From positions 186,001 through 245,337 of the forward strand of contig CAZWDO010000006.1 in the NCBI GenBank assembly GCA_964632485.1: a stretch of DNA of 59,337 nt, read 5' to 3'. The position numbers were made by a program, and so were the translations under genes. Shown here in pieces: positions 1 to 10,422 of the stretch. Under the pieces are notes generated by a model. It worked only from the letters and a program-made list of their open reading frames with translations, searched no databases and had not been told where the DNA came from. Source of the stretch: an uncultured bacterium. GTDB lineage: Bacteria; JAGOEH01. Position 1 is the first letter of the stretch. Every line of letters begins with the position of its first letter.

Positions 1-138
1 ACCACGGCCTACGGGTTGATAGTGGCTGTGTTTTGTATTTTTACTTTCGCCTTTCTGAATCTGAAAATCGATCAGCTCGTTGATGACATTGATGAATATT
101 CAGTTAAAATTGTCAATTTTATTCACAAATTCCGCTAA
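1..138 (+). CDS. C-terminal fragment of MotA/TolQ/ExbB proton-channel family protein (5' truncated by window)
   Basis: Frame 1 reads TTAYGLIVAVFCIFTFAFLNLKIDQLVDDIDEYSVKIVNFIHKFR*, matching the TTAxGLxVA last-helix motif of the family. Confidence 0.7.
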   Translation, partial: TTAYGLIVAVFCIFTFAFLNLKIDQLVDDIDEYSVKIVNFIHKFR

Positions 139-143
139 GTTTA

Positions 144-851
144 ATGGGAGATAGCTCTTTACCGGCGCATGTCGCGATCATTATGGACGGGAATGGTCGA
201 TGGGCCAAACAACGTTTTCTACCTCGCTTGATGGGACACCGCGCCGGAATCAAAACAGTAAAAAAAATTGTGCGGCATGCCGGTCAAATCGGTATCCGCT
301 TTTTGACCTTGTATACCTTTTCTACTGAAAATTGGAAACGCCCTCCCGAAGAAATCTCCGGTTTGATGAAACTGCTCTATGATAATTTGTTCAGTGAAAC
401 TGACGAACTTAATCAAAATCAGGTGCGGTTGCGTACAATCGGCGATACGGGTCAACTTCCTGATTCGGTACAATTCGCTTTAAAAAAGGCGATTGAAAAA
501 CTGAATGATAATACTGGTCTGACGCTGATTCTGGCGCTTAATTATGGGAGTCGGAATGAAATCGGCCGCGCGATCGCCCGCTTGGCCCGCGACGTGGAAA
601 CTCAACAGTTAAAAGTATCAGATATCAATGAGTTAACCCTCGCATCCTACTTAGATACCGCCGATTTTCCCGACCCGGAGCTTATTATCCGGACTTCCGG
701 AGAATTCAGATTATCAAATTTTTTAATGTACCAGTCTGCATACAGTGAATACTATATCACTGAAAAATTTTGGCCAGATTTTGACGAACAGGAATTTGAC
801 CGGGCTCTATCTTCGTTTGCTATTCGTAACCGTCGATACGGGGGTATCTGA
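144..851 (+). CDS. uppS: Undecaprenyl diphosphate synthase (cis-isoprenyltransferase)
   Basis: HVAIIMDGNGRWA, FSTENWKRP and IRTSGEFRLSNF motifs; uppS-cdsA-dxr synteny. Confidence 0.97.
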   Translation: MGDSSLPAHVAIIMDGNGRWAKQRFLPRLMGHRAGIKTVKKIVRHAGQIGIRFLTLYTFSTENWKRPPEEISGLMKLLYDNLFSETDELNQNQVRLRTIGDTGQLPDSVQFALKKAIEKLNDNTGLTLILALNYGSRNEIGRAIARLARDVETQQLKVSDINELTLASYLDTADFPDPELIIRTSGEFRLSNFLMYQSAYSEYYITEKFWPDFDEQEFDRALSSFAIRNRRYGGI

Positions 852-1652
852 TTGCTTCTCCGTATTCTTTCCGCCGCAGCATTGATCCCTGTCGTACTTG
901 CCATTTCATGGTTCGGTGATTGGCCGCTTGTACTTTTTATTTTTGTGGTCCAATTGCTGGCGTTATGGGAATTAAATTCCTTAAATTGCCTTAAGGGTAA
1001 CCAGGATTTAAGAGAATGGATATTGTTACCTCTCTTAGGTACCCTCCTGTTTGCTTATCTGAAACTGAAAATACCTGTATGGATTTTCCCCGCTGGTTCT
1101 TTTACTCTTTGGATGGTTTTTCAAATTATTCGTAAGCGATTACCAGATGGTGGGTTAATTGAGGCTGCTGTTTTTGTGTTTTCTATGGCTTATTTAGTAT
1201 TGCCCGGTTGGTGCTGGTTCCAGCTCAGAGAACTTGAAAATGGTTTTTTTCTGTTGATACTTTGTTATTTGGGCACTTGGTTACCCGATACGGGGGGGTA
1301 TTTTTTTGGCAGCGTTTGGGGCAAACACAAAATTACTCCCTTGTTGAGCCCCAAAAAAAGCTGGGAAGGATTGATCGGCGGTTTATTTATAACGCTGCTG
1401 GGCTTGATCCTTTGGTTCAAAAATTCCTGGTTTCCGGCTCCGGCATTCTGGAATTATACTGTAATCGTTTTTTATGCTATTTTGATCTGTATTGTTGGGT
1501 TTGTGGGTGATATTTTTGAGAGTATGTTGAAACGGGATTGTGGCGTAAAAGATTCTTCGAGTATTATCCCCGGACATGGCGGGGTTTTAGATCGTATGGA
1601 CAGTTTTTATTTTAATATTGTTTTTACTTATCTATTTACATTTTTGTTATGA
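852..1652 (+). CDS. cdsA: Phosphatidate cytidylyltransferase
   Basis: SPKKSWEG and GDIFESMLKRDCGVKDSSSIIPGHGGVLDRMD signature; hydrophobic. Confidence 0.96.
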   Translation: MLLRILSAAALIPVVLAISWFGDWPLVLFIFVVQLLALWELNSLNCLKGNQDLREWILLPLLGTLLFAYLKLKIPVWIFPAGSFTLWMVFQIIRKRLPDGGLIEAAVFVFSMAYLVLPGWCWFQLRELENGFFLLILCYLGTWLPDTGGYFFGSVWGKHKITPLLSPKKSWEGLIGGLFITLLGLILWFKNSWFPAPAFWNYTVIVFYAILICIVGFVGDIFESMLKRDCGVKDSSSIIPGHGGVLDRMDSFYFNIVFTYLFTFLL

Positions 1653-2803
1653 AAAAACGAATCATCCTTTTAGGTAGTACTGGTTCGATTGGTGAGAACA
1701 CCCTGGAAATCGTTCGCCGTTTCCCTGACCAATTTGAAATTATTAGCTTAGTTGCGCATTTGCAGTGGGAAAAATTAGCTAATCAGATTCAGGAATTCAA
1801 ACCCCAAAAAGTAGCGCTTTTCGATCCGGATGCGGCGATATCGCTCCGGAAGGTCAATCCGGCTTGTAGCGTTTTGACAGGTACTGAGGGGATTTTAGAG
1901 ATATTGGACACGGTGGATTGCGATATTTTGGTTAACGCAATTGTTGGGATGAATGGTTTGATTCCAACCTGGCATGCCGTGGGGCGGATTCCGCGAATTG
2001 CGTTAGCCAATAAGGAAAGCCTGGTAATGGGTGGCGCTTTGCTTAAAGAACGGTTTAGACAGGCAAATGGCCATACTGAACTACTGCCTGTTGATAGTGA
2101 GCATAGCGCAATTTTTCAGTGTCTGGCAGGGCAGGACACAGCCCTAAAGAAAATTATTTTAACCGCTTCCGGGGGTCCGTTTTATTTTTCACCTGAAATA
2201 GATTTATTCCAGGTGAAACCAGAGCAGGCGCTTAAACACCCGACATGGCAAATGGGCGCAAAAATCAGCATTGATTCCGCCACACTCGTGAATAAAGGAC
2301 TGGAGATCATCGAAGCCGCATTTCTCTTTAATCTATCTGCGGAACAAATCGAAGTGCTGATCCACCCGCAATCCTATATCCATTCCCTGGTAGAATTCGT
2401 CGATGGATCACAAATCGCTCAAATGAGCCGGCCTGATATGAAAATCCCAATCCAGTATGCTCTGACTTACCCCTACCGCTGGCCTTCAACGCATATTAAC
2501 CCACCTCTGTGGCAGATGCGCGATCTTCAATTTTTTGAACCAGACTTGCAACGGTTTCCTGCTTTACGTATGGCATTCAATGTGTTACAAGATGGCCACT
2601 CAGCCCAGGTTGCGTTTAACAGCAGTAATGAAATAGCCGTGGAACGGTTCCTAAACCGTGAAATCGCATTTGGCAAGATTCCCATTATCATCGAAAAAAG
2701 CATTGAGCAGTTTACAAATCGCGCTATTTTAGATTTGAATGATTTATTAAATCTCGACCAGGAAATCCGGACTTTTGCCCGTCTCGATTCAACTTGCGTT
2801 TAG
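1649..2803 (+). CDS. dxr: 1-deoxy-D-xylulose 5-phosphate reductoisomerase
   Basis: LGSTGSIG, LANKESLV, PVDSEHSAIFQ, TASGGPF, HPTWQMGAKISIDSATLVNKGLE motifs. Confidence 0.97.
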   Translation: MKKRIILLGSTGSIGENTLEIVRRFPDQFEIISLVAHLQWEKLANQIQEFKPQKVALFDPDAAISLRKVNPACSVLTGTEGILEILDTVDCDILVNAIVGMNGLIPTWHAVGRIPRIALANKESLVMGGALLKERFRQANGHTELLPVDSEHSAIFQCLAGQDTALKKIILTASGGPFYFSPEIDLFQVKPEQALKHPTWQMGAKISIDSATLVNKGLEIIEAAFLFNLSAEQIEVLIHPQSYIHSLVEFVDGSQIAQMSRPDMKIPIQYALTYPYRWPSTHINPPLWQMRDLQFFEPDLQRFPALRMAFNVLQDGHSAQVAFNSSNEIAVERFLNREIAFGKIPIIIEKSIEQFTNRAILDLNDLLNLDQEIRTFARLDSTCV

Positions 2804-3684
2804 TCCATGCTTTCTGCTATTTTATCGGTCATAATGCGAATGGTCTCCAACCAGTTTTCCGCCAATGGATCTAATGCTATAATTTGAATATGGAGTTCCT
2901 CTGCCAACGAGTGAGCAATCTGCTGATCAAATTGCTTTTGCGCAAAGATCGCGCGAATCTTATTTTGTTTAGCGCTTTCAATGATCTCTGCCAGATGTGT
3001 CGGGGAGGGCTCTTTTCCTTCATTTTCAATTGCAATTTGTTCCAATCCATAATCTTCGGCCAAATAGGTCCAGGCTGGATGAAATACTAAAAAAACTCTT
3101 TTTGTTTTCGCTGAAAATTTAGTTTCAATAGTATAATCAATCGAATCTATTTCATGCAATAGTTCTTTCAAGCGCGTCTCAACTGCCATGGAATCCTCGG
3201 GAAACATCCCGATTAACTCTTTTGCCAATTCCGGAAGAAACCGTTTTACCCGTTTGGGAGATAACCAGTAATGAGGATCAATCGATTTCCCGCTCATTTG
3301 ATGGCTGGTTTCTAAATTGTCAATTTCATCATGATGATGTCCAACCAACGGATTCACATTTACCGATTGGTTATGGTATTTCATCTTGGGGTTCAGTTCC
3401 TGAAATTTTGGTACCCAATGGGTTTCAAACATAGTCGCTCCAAGACCGATATAGAGTTCCAATTGCGAAAGAGTCCGCATTTGATCCGGGAGGGGCTCGT
3501 AACTTTCATGACTGTAATCAGATGGAATCATAATCATGACTGCGGTTTCCGGCCTGAGGCGCTGGATAAAATAATTCTGCGGCATGACTGATACTGCAAT
3601 ACGGTATTTCTGATCTGTATGGGCCTTCTTTTGGCAAGCTCCCGCTAATGTGAGCAGGACACTCAAAATCATAAAAATTCTCAT
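2800..3684 (-). CDS. Zn/Mn ABC transporter substrate-binding lipoprotein (ZnuA/TroA family)
   Basis: Lipobox LAGAC, HESYEP, His-rich loop, DPHYWLSP, FLVFHPAWTYLAEDYGL, EGKEPSP motifs. Confidence 0.9.
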   Translation of the reverse strand: MRIFMILSVLLTLAGACQKKAHTDQKYRIAVSVMPQNYFIQRLRPETAVMIMIPSDYSHESYEPLPDQMRTLSQLELYIGLGATMFETHWVPKFQELNPKMKYHNQSVNVNPLVGHHHDEIDNLETSHQMSGKSIDPHYWLSPKRVKRFLPELAKELIGMFPEDSMAVETRLKELLHEIDSIDYTIETKFSAKTKRVFLVFHPAWTYLAEDYGLEQIAIENEGKEPSPTHLAEIIESAKQNKIRAIFAQKQFDQQIAHSLAEELHIQIIALDPLAENWLETIRIMTDKIAESMD

Positions 3685-3911
3685 TATTTACTCCTGGCTT
3701 TTGATTATTGGCATTGCTGAATGATCATTCCCTTCAAGCGTTTGTCGTTAGATATTCCGCCCGTAGCTGTATGTTAAGTTCTGTCAAAATTGATAAAAGT
3801 TTGCAGAATAGGTTTCCAGGTACAGCTTGTCAGGGCAAAGAGATTGACGGAAGAAGCCTTTGTTTGTGGTTTAAATTAAATATTTTTACAATAATTGTCA
3901 AGGATTTTTTC

Positions 3912-3940
3912 TTGATATTTTACTAAGAATTGATTATAAT
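3912..3940 (+). promoter_or_regulatory. Sigma70-type promoter for EamA/ABC operon
   Basis: TTGATA-N17-TATAAT; a divergent TTGACA for the ZnuA-family gene lies on the minus strand at 3896-3901. Confidence 0.55.
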
Positions 3941-3994
3941 ATCCATGGTCAGGCTTTATTTTGTCGCTCAAACCGTTATTTATAAGCATGATGA

Positions 3995-4948
3995 GTGAAT
4001 ATTCAATCAAGAACCCTTACAAGGTTAAACGTGTTTAAAGATATTACGTTTCCGCATTCTTTAAGTTTTATAATCACTCTGGCGTTATTTGGCTCTTTTG
4101 AAGTTGCCTCAAAACCGTTAATGCCATGGTTTGATCCGGTTGTTTTCAACTTCTACCGATTTCTGCTTGGGATTAGTGTATTGATTTTGATTCTTTTTTG
4201 GCAAAATCGATTTCATGAACTATTTCAAATTCCTGTTAACGCCTGGGTAATGTTAGTTTGCGCGGGTTTTATTAATGTATTTTTTGCGATGAGTCTGTTG
4301 CAAATTGCTGTTAAATATAGCAATGCGGCGACTGCTGCTACTGTTTTTTGCTGTCATCCTCTGTTTGTTTATTTATTGGCGGTTTTTTTTCAACATGAGT
4401 CCCACGAATGGTTGAAAGTGAGTGGGTTGTTCACCGGTCTGATTGGTACTGTACTTGTCATGTTTGAAAAAGGTCTAAGAGTGAATCATGGCGCCCTCTA
4501 TGCACTACTGGCGGCATTAGCGTTCGCCCTGTACACAATTTTAAACCGGTTTCTGAGCGGTATGGTCAAGCCCCTGGTGATTAACATTGTGTCATTCTTT
4601 TTTGGGCTGCTTTTTTTAATGATTTATATTGTGATTCAGGGTAAATCGTTGCATATCCCTTTGGAGTTTTTCAATTCCCCTTTGCGTTTTTTAACGGGGT
4701 TATATATTGGGATCATCATCAGCGGCTTTGGATACATTGCCTTTATCCGCACTATTCATATAGATGGAGCTGTTGCCGCTTCATTGGTGTTTCTGTTGAA
4801 ACCGTTGGTTGTAACCTTCCTTTCGATGCTCCTCCTTCATGAACAACTGGGCTGGTACTATCCAATCGGTTTGGTTTTTATATTGACTGGAACCGCTATG
4901 GTCCTCAAGGATCGAATTCTTGAAAAATTTTCAGACAAGGCAGATTGA
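3995..4948 (+). CDS. DMT/EamA family transporter
   Basis: About 10 hydrophobic segments in two EamA-like repeats; start uncertain. Confidence 0.85.
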   Translation: MNIQSRTLTRLNVFKDITFPHSLSFIITLALFGSFEVASKPLMPWFDPVVFNFYRFLLGISVLILILFWQNRFHELFQIPVNAWVMLVCAGFINVFFAMSLLQIAVKYSNAATAATVFCCHPLFVYLLAVFFQHESHEWLKVSGLFTGLIGTVLVMFEKGLRVNHGALYALLAALAFALYTILNRFLSGMVKPLVINIVSFFFGLLFLMIYIVIQGKSLHIPLEFFNSPLRFLTGLYIGIIISGFGYIAFIRTIHIDGAVAASLVFLLKPLVVTFLSMLLLHEQLGWYYPIGLVFILTGTAMVLKDRILEKFSDKAD

Positions 4949-6018
4949 TGATGCGAAAAATGGATGTTGTCAGGATTTTTGGATTTTTACTCTTCATTAT
5001 AAATCAAGGGCTTATGGGAGACGAGGCGCTATACAGCAGGAATTGGCAGGTCAGAAGATCGGCTGATACAATTGATCTGTTGGTTACCCGGATTAATCCC
5101 TCGTTTGACGATACACTTTGCTATCGTATATTGCGGCGTGAGAAAAAAATTGTATTACCTGATGGCCGTTGGGTGGTTTACCCTTTAACAGATATTGGCA
5201 TCAGTACGGCTCTGCATGCCGGCGCTTTTTATATTTTGGATGCGATGAAACAGGTTAAAATGATGGCTAATCAGCAATATGTTGAGTTTCCACCTATCAA
5301 AGAAGCCCTTAGACAAAATCAATTAATCGAAGTCGGGTCTGATATGGGACTTAATCTTGAACTTCTTATGCTTCATCGTCCTTCTCTTTTTTTTGTCAAC
5401 CAGGTAGGAAGTCCTTTTGATTTGGACGATCCTTTGAATCGATTGGGTATTCCTTATGTAGTCAGCGCTGAATGGATGGAATCCGATATTTTAGGACGAA
5501 GCGAATGGATTCGTTTTTTCGCCTATTTTATCGGGGCGGAAGAGAGGGCCAATGAAATTATGGCTCAATGGCAGTTCAAGGTTGATCCAACGCGCGCGCG
5601 TATTAATGCCTCGTTGCCGGTTTTATGGTGCAGTTTTTGGCCCGGGCAAATCTGGTTGGCTGGAGGTCATTCCTATGTTGCCGATGCCATTCAACGCTGT
5701 GGATATTCATTTAGCTGGCAAAATTCGACATCGATCAGTCAGCAAGTGGGTATGGAATATTTTTTTACAATGCTTCCCCAGACGCGGCTAATAGTCTGTA
5801 CCGGCACGTTTCTAACCATGCAGGAAATAAACGATATCGAACCGCGGCTGGCATTATCGGCTGATTGGCGGAAAATCAAGGTGTGGAGTCTAAAACCAGC
5901 GTATCATGAAACCAGTTTTATCTATCCTCGCGACTGGTTGGAAGAGCTGAGTTCACTTGGCAGTGGAGGTAGCGCTGAACCGAGGTTTTTTCAGAGCTTG
6001 AAACGGATGGAAAGGTAA
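4945..6018 (+). CDS. Iron-siderophore/cobalamin ABC transporter substrate-binding protein (BtuF/FecB-like)
   Basis: EWMESDILGRSEWIRFF motif typical of this family; adjacent to FecCD permease. Confidence 0.75.
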   Translation: MMMRKMDVVRIFGFLLFIINQGLMGDEALYSRNWQVRRSADTIDLLVTRINPSFDDTLCYRILRREKKIVLPDGRWVVYPLTDIGISTALHAGAFYILDAMKQVKMMANQQYVEFPPIKEALRQNQLIEVGSDMGLNLELLMLHRPSLFFVNQVGSPFDLDDPLNRLGIPYVVSAEWMESDILGRSEWIRFFAYFIGAEERANEIMAQWQFKVDPTRARINASLPVLWCSFWPGQIWLAGGHSYVADAIQRCGYSFSWQNSTSISQQVGMEYFFTMLPQTRLIVCTGTFLTMQEINDIEPRLALSADWRKIKVWSLKPAYHETSFIYPRDWLEELSSLGSGGSAEPRFFQSLKRMER

Positions 6019-6021
6019 TCT

Positions 6022-6975
6022 TTGACCAAAAAAATGACGGGCCTTCTACTTTTGGCCCTTGTTCTCTTTATTGCCGGACTTCTGATGGGTTCGACCTCTT
6101 TCTCCTGGTCTATGCTTGAGCATGCCGAGTTTCGGTGGATTATCCTGCACTTGCGCTTACCACGCGTATTGGCTGCCATGCTGAGCGGCGCAGCGCTGGC
6201 ATTGGCCGGATTAATCTTGCAAACTCTCTTCCAAAATCCCATGGCCGGACCTTTTGTCCTCGGTATCGCTTCCGGCGCTCTATCAGGACCCATTATCCTG
6301 CTTCTGCTCGGGATTCTACCGAGCATGTTACAACTCATACTGGGGTCCTTTGTCGGCGCAATGGCTATGACTGCTCTGATCGTTTTGATTGCCTCCTTTA
6401 TCTCCAATCGGCAGGTACTTTTACTAATCGGTTTGATGATGGGTTATTTTTTTTCCGGTTTAATCAATATTTTGATTTTTTTTGCTCCTTCCAATGAACT
6501 GAAAAATTTTCAAATTTGGTCAATGGGTAGTTTCTCCCGAGTTACTATGGATAATTTGTGGGTGTTGGGGGGGATGATCATTTTATTAATCGCTGTTTCG
6601 TTTTTATTTATAAAACCGTTGAATGCCTTTATGATGGGCCACGATTATGCAGTTTCGATCGGTATCGATAGCCGGTGGAATCGACGGTTTCTGCTTTTAA
6701 TATCCTCTTTATTAACCGCAGTTGTAACGGCTTTCTGCGGGCCAATCGGTTTTATTGGGTTGACCGCTCCCCATATTGGCCGGTTTTGGCTTAAAACGTC
6801 CTATCATCAATACCTGATTCCCGTCAGTTGCCTGTTGGGCGCAAATATGCTGTGTCTCTGTGATATCGTAGCGCGTGTATTGATCCCTCCCAACGATTTG
6901 CCGATTGGACTCATCACGTCGATTCTTGGCGCGCCCCTGGTCATCTGGTTTTTATGGCGGGTCCGGTTTCAATGA
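6022..6975 (+). CDS. FecCD/BtuC family ABC permease
   Basis: LRLPRVLAA, LQTLFQNPMAGPFVLGIASGA, GPIGFIGLTAPH, LPIGLITSILGAP motifs. Confidence 0.93.
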   Translation: MTKKMTGLLLLALVLFIAGLLMGSTSFSWSMLEHAEFRWIILHLRLPRVLAAMLSGAALALAGLILQTLFQNPMAGPFVLGIASGALSGPIILLLLGILPSMLQLILGSFVGAMAMTALIVLIASFISNRQVLLLIGLMMGYFFSGLINILIFFAPSNELKNFQIWSMGSFSRVTMDNLWVLGGMIILLIAVSFLFIKPLNAFMMGHDYAVSIGIDSRWNRRFLLLISSLLTAVVTAFCGPIGFIGLTAPHIGRFWLKTSYHQYLIPVSCLLGANMLCLCDIVARVLIPPNDLPIGLITSILGAPLVIWFLWRVRFQ

Positions 6976-8067
6976 TTCAGTTGATTGATCTATGTATTGG
7001 CTACGATGGGCCGGTTTTTTCCCCCCTCTCCTTGAAAATGGAAAGAGNNNNNNNNNNACCTTCGAGGTCTATCGCCGGTTTGCCCCCCGGGAGGAACCCT
7101 ATGGGGGATTCTTGGCGCGAATGGTATTGGTAAATCAACCCTGTTAAAAACAATGGCCAGTCTGCTTCTCCCCCTTTCCGGCGCTATCGTTTTGGATCAG
7201 AATCCGCTCCAGTCATTTTCCCATTCTCAATTATCACGGCAAATGGCTCTGGTTTCCAGCGAGCCCTTTGACCCGGGCCATTTTAGGGCGTATGAAATTG
7301 CCGCTTTCGGACGGTATCCCTATGTCAATCGATTAGCATCCCTGAACGCATCGGACCATCAAATAGTGCAAAACTATCTTACCATGCTCCAATTGAATCA
7401 TTTGGCAAACAAACAATATGCCGCGCTGAGCCAGGGCGAAGCCCTGAGAGTGTTGATTGCCCGGGCCTTTATTCAAACGACTCCGTTTATCCTTATGGAT
7501 GAACCTCTCAGCCACCTCGATCTGCAGCACCAGATCGAATTGCTGGCGCTTTTACGGCAGCAGGCTAAAAATGAGAATAAAACGATTGTTTTTACTTCTC
7601 ATGAAATTAAGCTCACTTGCCTTTTTGCCGATTATCTCCTGGTTTTAATGCCCGACCACCAATATCAATTCGGTCTGGTAGAAACAATTTTAGCCGGGAA
7701 TGCGCTTGATAAAGCCTATCAGCTTAATGCGGCCTATTTTGATTTTTTAAGTTATAGCGTCGAATTAAATGTCACTCCCGAAAATAAAAATGTATGGATT
7801 CGCGGTATAAGCCCTGAACTGGCGCTTGTCGCCAGGTTCTTTATCAAACACCATCTGCGCCCTTTTTTAGATATTCCCGAGCCCGGCTGGTTACGGCAGT
7901 GGGCTGAACAACGCGGCTTGTTGCTTTCAAAATCCGCTGATTGTAAAATTGATTTGGTTGTTTCAGAACCTGCTTGGCGTTTGCCGCAGTGGGATTCTCT
8001 GCCGCTGATCCTGCATGAAAATTTGGCAAATACTCTGGAACAATCGCTATCATGGGTGAATCAGTAG
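6972..8067 (+). CDS. ABC transporter ATP-binding protein (FecE/BtuD-like), interrupted by assembly gap
   Basis: ATG overlaps permease stop; N-run 7048-7057; Walker A GANGIGKST at 7114-7140 in frame with ORF 7153-8067; LSQGE signature and ILMDEP Walker B. Confidence 0.85.
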
Positions 8068-8375
8068 TTCCAGCGCTTTTTGCGCTGACTTGAGGACTTG
8101 CCAGTTTTTCTTAATACACCCCTGACACGTTCTAATATCGAATGTGTGTCAGCCGCCATATCCTGGTATAGGGAATATGGGAGTAATTACTGGCCTGATA
8201 ACTCATGGTCTTATGGATTCCAGCGTCATTCGCCATCAAATCAAATCTGTGGCTGTGGGGGATGGATGCGGGTCTGATTAACGGAAAGAGTTTTGGTTTG
8301 AACTCTAAATATAATATTTTTACTTGCTTTTTTGGTTAATAATTTGTAAATTGATAAATGAAAGGAGTAAATAGT

Positions 8376-9467
8376 ATGATCCCTTATCGTCCAATGATCG
8401 AAGATATTCCCCTTTATGAACCGGGAAAACCGATAGAAGAAACCGAACGGGAACTGGGCATTAAAGTGATAGCCAAGCTGGCATCGAATGAGAATCCCTA
8501 TGGTGTATCTCCCATTGTTAAACAGGCCATCCAGGAGGAGGCGCATCAAGTCTTTTTATATCCTGATGCGCAGTGTTACTACCTGGGTAAAGAGATTGCC
8601 GCCCTTCTGCAGGTCAGTGAATCACGGATTCTGCTCGGAGCCGGTTCGGAAGAAGTTATCGATTTGATTGCAAAAGCCTATTTCAATTTAGACGATGAAG
8701 TGATTATGTCGCAATATGCTTTTGTTCGTTATCCGATGGTCACGCAGATGATGGGGGCCCGTTCGGTATTCATCCCATGTCTCAATTATGTCGATGATTT
8801 TGCGGCAATGGCTCGGGCGATCACTCCCAAAACACGAGCGATTATCCTCTCCAATCCCAACAATCCTCTGGGTAGTTACGTGTCCCGGAATGTTATTGAA
8901 GAAATCATGCCGCTTATCCCTGAGGAAATTTTGGTAATTTTCGATGATGCCTATTACGAATATGTGTGGGCGGAAGATTATCCTCAAACCATTGAACTTC
9001 AGTTAAAATATCCTAATATTATTTCATTGAGGACGTTTTCAAAAATCTACGGACTGGCTGGTTTACGTCTGGGTTATGCTGTTGGGGATGAACAAATCAT
9101 TCGTTCGTTAAAAAAAGTGAAGAACGTTTTCTCTGTTAGTTTATTAGCCCAGGCTGCCGGTTTGGCGGCTTTGAAAGATCGTGAATTTATCAATTTTTGC
9201 AAGGAATCTAACCAGAGGGAATATGAGTGGTTATCGCGCCAATTTGATGAACATCAAATCGATTATGTCCCATCGCAGGCAAATTTTATCCTGATTTCGA
9301 CTGCTCCCTACCAGGGAATTGAAATTTATCAATATTTGTTGAAGAAAGGGATTATCATTCGTCCCGTGGCCGGCTACGGTCTGCCGGGTTACGTGCGGGT
9401 AACAATCGGTACTCACACCCAAAATGAACGTTTTATTCACTATTTTCTTGAGGCGTTAAAATCATGA
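8376..9467 (+). CDS. hisC: Histidinol-phosphate aminotransferase
   Basis: YEPGKP, KLASNENP, NPNNPLG, DDAYYEY, RTFSKIYGLAGLRLGY; AAGGAG RBS before ATG 8376. Confidence 0.92.
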   Translation: MIPYRPMIEDIPLYEPGKPIEETERELGIKVIAKLASNENPYGVSPIVKQAIQEEAHQVFLYPDAQCYYLGKEIAALLQVSESRILLGAGSEEVIDLIAKAYFNLDDEVIMSQYAFVRYPMVTQMMGARSVFIPCLNYVDDFAAMARAITPKTRAIILSNPNNPLGSYVSRNVIEEIMPLIPEEILVIFDDAYYEYVWAEDYPQTIELQLKYPNIISLRTFSKIYGLAGLRLGYAVGDEQIIRSLKKVKNVFSVSLLAQAAGLAALKDREFINFCKESNQREYEWLSRQFDEHQIDYVPSQANFILISTAPYQGIEIYQYLLKKGIIIRPVAGYGLPGYVRVTIGTHTQNERFIHYFLEALKS

Positions 9468-10417
9468 ATAAAATTCTCCCGGCGCTGGTATGGATCATTA
9501 TTTTAGGAAGCTCTTTGGCAATAGTTGCCGATTCCCTTGACAGTCTGATTTCTTTGGGGGAAACGAATGCGGCCCGACAGTTGTGGCGTCAACGTTATAA
9601 TCAGGTTGAAAATGCCTGGAGTAGTTATTATCAGGCCAAACTTGCAAATAGTACCGACAGCGCGGAATTTTACTATCAAAAAACGTTGCAGTTAGACCCC
9701 CGTTTTGAACGCGCCGACAGCGCTTTTTGGCTGCTTTCACAGAGCATGTATTTACGGGGACTCTACCGCACCAGCGAAAAATACCTGCGTCAGTTTATCG
9801 CTTTTTATGCCCAATCTCCCCTGGTAAACCATGTTTACCTCGATTTGGCGCGAACTGTGTTGGCGTTGCAGGAATATAAACACTCGTTAGCTCTGCTTGA
9901 TACAATTAACCGGCTTTCTCTGACGGTTGATGAAACCCAACGGTTGATGATAGAAGCCGATGCCCGCTGCGGACTCGGCGAATACAGCCATGCTTTCGGC
10001 GTTATCGAACGGCTGTATCAAAATAAAAGTACCCAGTATCCCGCCGATTGGTTCGTTAAACGTCTTGAAAAAATTGTCGAAAAATCTGAAGACGATCCCG
10101 CATTGATTTCCCGGTTAAATGCAATTAAAATACAGTCCGGGCATGTAATAGAACCGCCGGACATTGGGCCTGGATCCCGGGAGGAAGGCTCCTTCTATTG
10201 TCAGGTGGGCAGCTTTGGCAATACCACTAATGCCCAGCGCCTTTTCGATTTGCTGAAATCCGGCAATTATCCGGTAATTTTACAAACTCGTCAAATCGGC
10301 GCGCGGAAAATGACCCTTGTTTGGGTTGGACCCGCTACCAGTTTAGATAACGCGCGGCAAATGGGAGAGAAATTGAAAAGTCATGAAGGCCTGGAATATA
10401 TCATTATCCGTCAATAG
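9464..10417 (+). CDS. TPR + SPOR domain exported protein
   Basis: Signal peptide, TPR-like helices, C-terminal YCQVGSF...NA...VWVGP SPOR motif. Confidence 0.8.
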   Translation: MNKILPALVWIIILGSSLAIVADSLDSLISLGETNAARQLWRQRYNQVENAWSSYYQAKLANSTDSAEFYYQKTLQLDPRFERADSAFWLLSQSMYLRGLYRTSEKYLRQFIAFYAQSPLVNHVYLDLARTVLALQEYKHSLALLDTINRLSLTVDETQRLMIEADARCGLGEYSHAFGVIERLYQNKSTQYPADWFVKRLEKIVEKSEDDPALISRLNAIKIQSGHVIEPPDIGPGSREEGSFYCQVGSFGNTTNAQRLFDLLKSGNYPVILQTRQIGARKMTLVWVGPATSLDNARQMGEKLKSHEGLEYIIIRQ

Positions 10418-10422
10418 GCGCT

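Noticed and set aside
3690-3990. Cobalamin riboswitch upstream of Btu/Fec-like transporter
   Set aside because: No B12-box or other conserved riboswitch elements recognisable; transporter substrate left open.
6972-7152. Apparent frameshift/pseudogene of ABC ATPase
   Set aside because: The break coincides with the N-run at 7048-7057; this is an assembly gap and flanking bases are unreliable.
8068-8340. Intergenic hairpin (CTGACAC...GTGTCAG) and a 32-aa minus-strand ORF
   Set aside because: No recognisable RNA family or protein motif; insufficient support.
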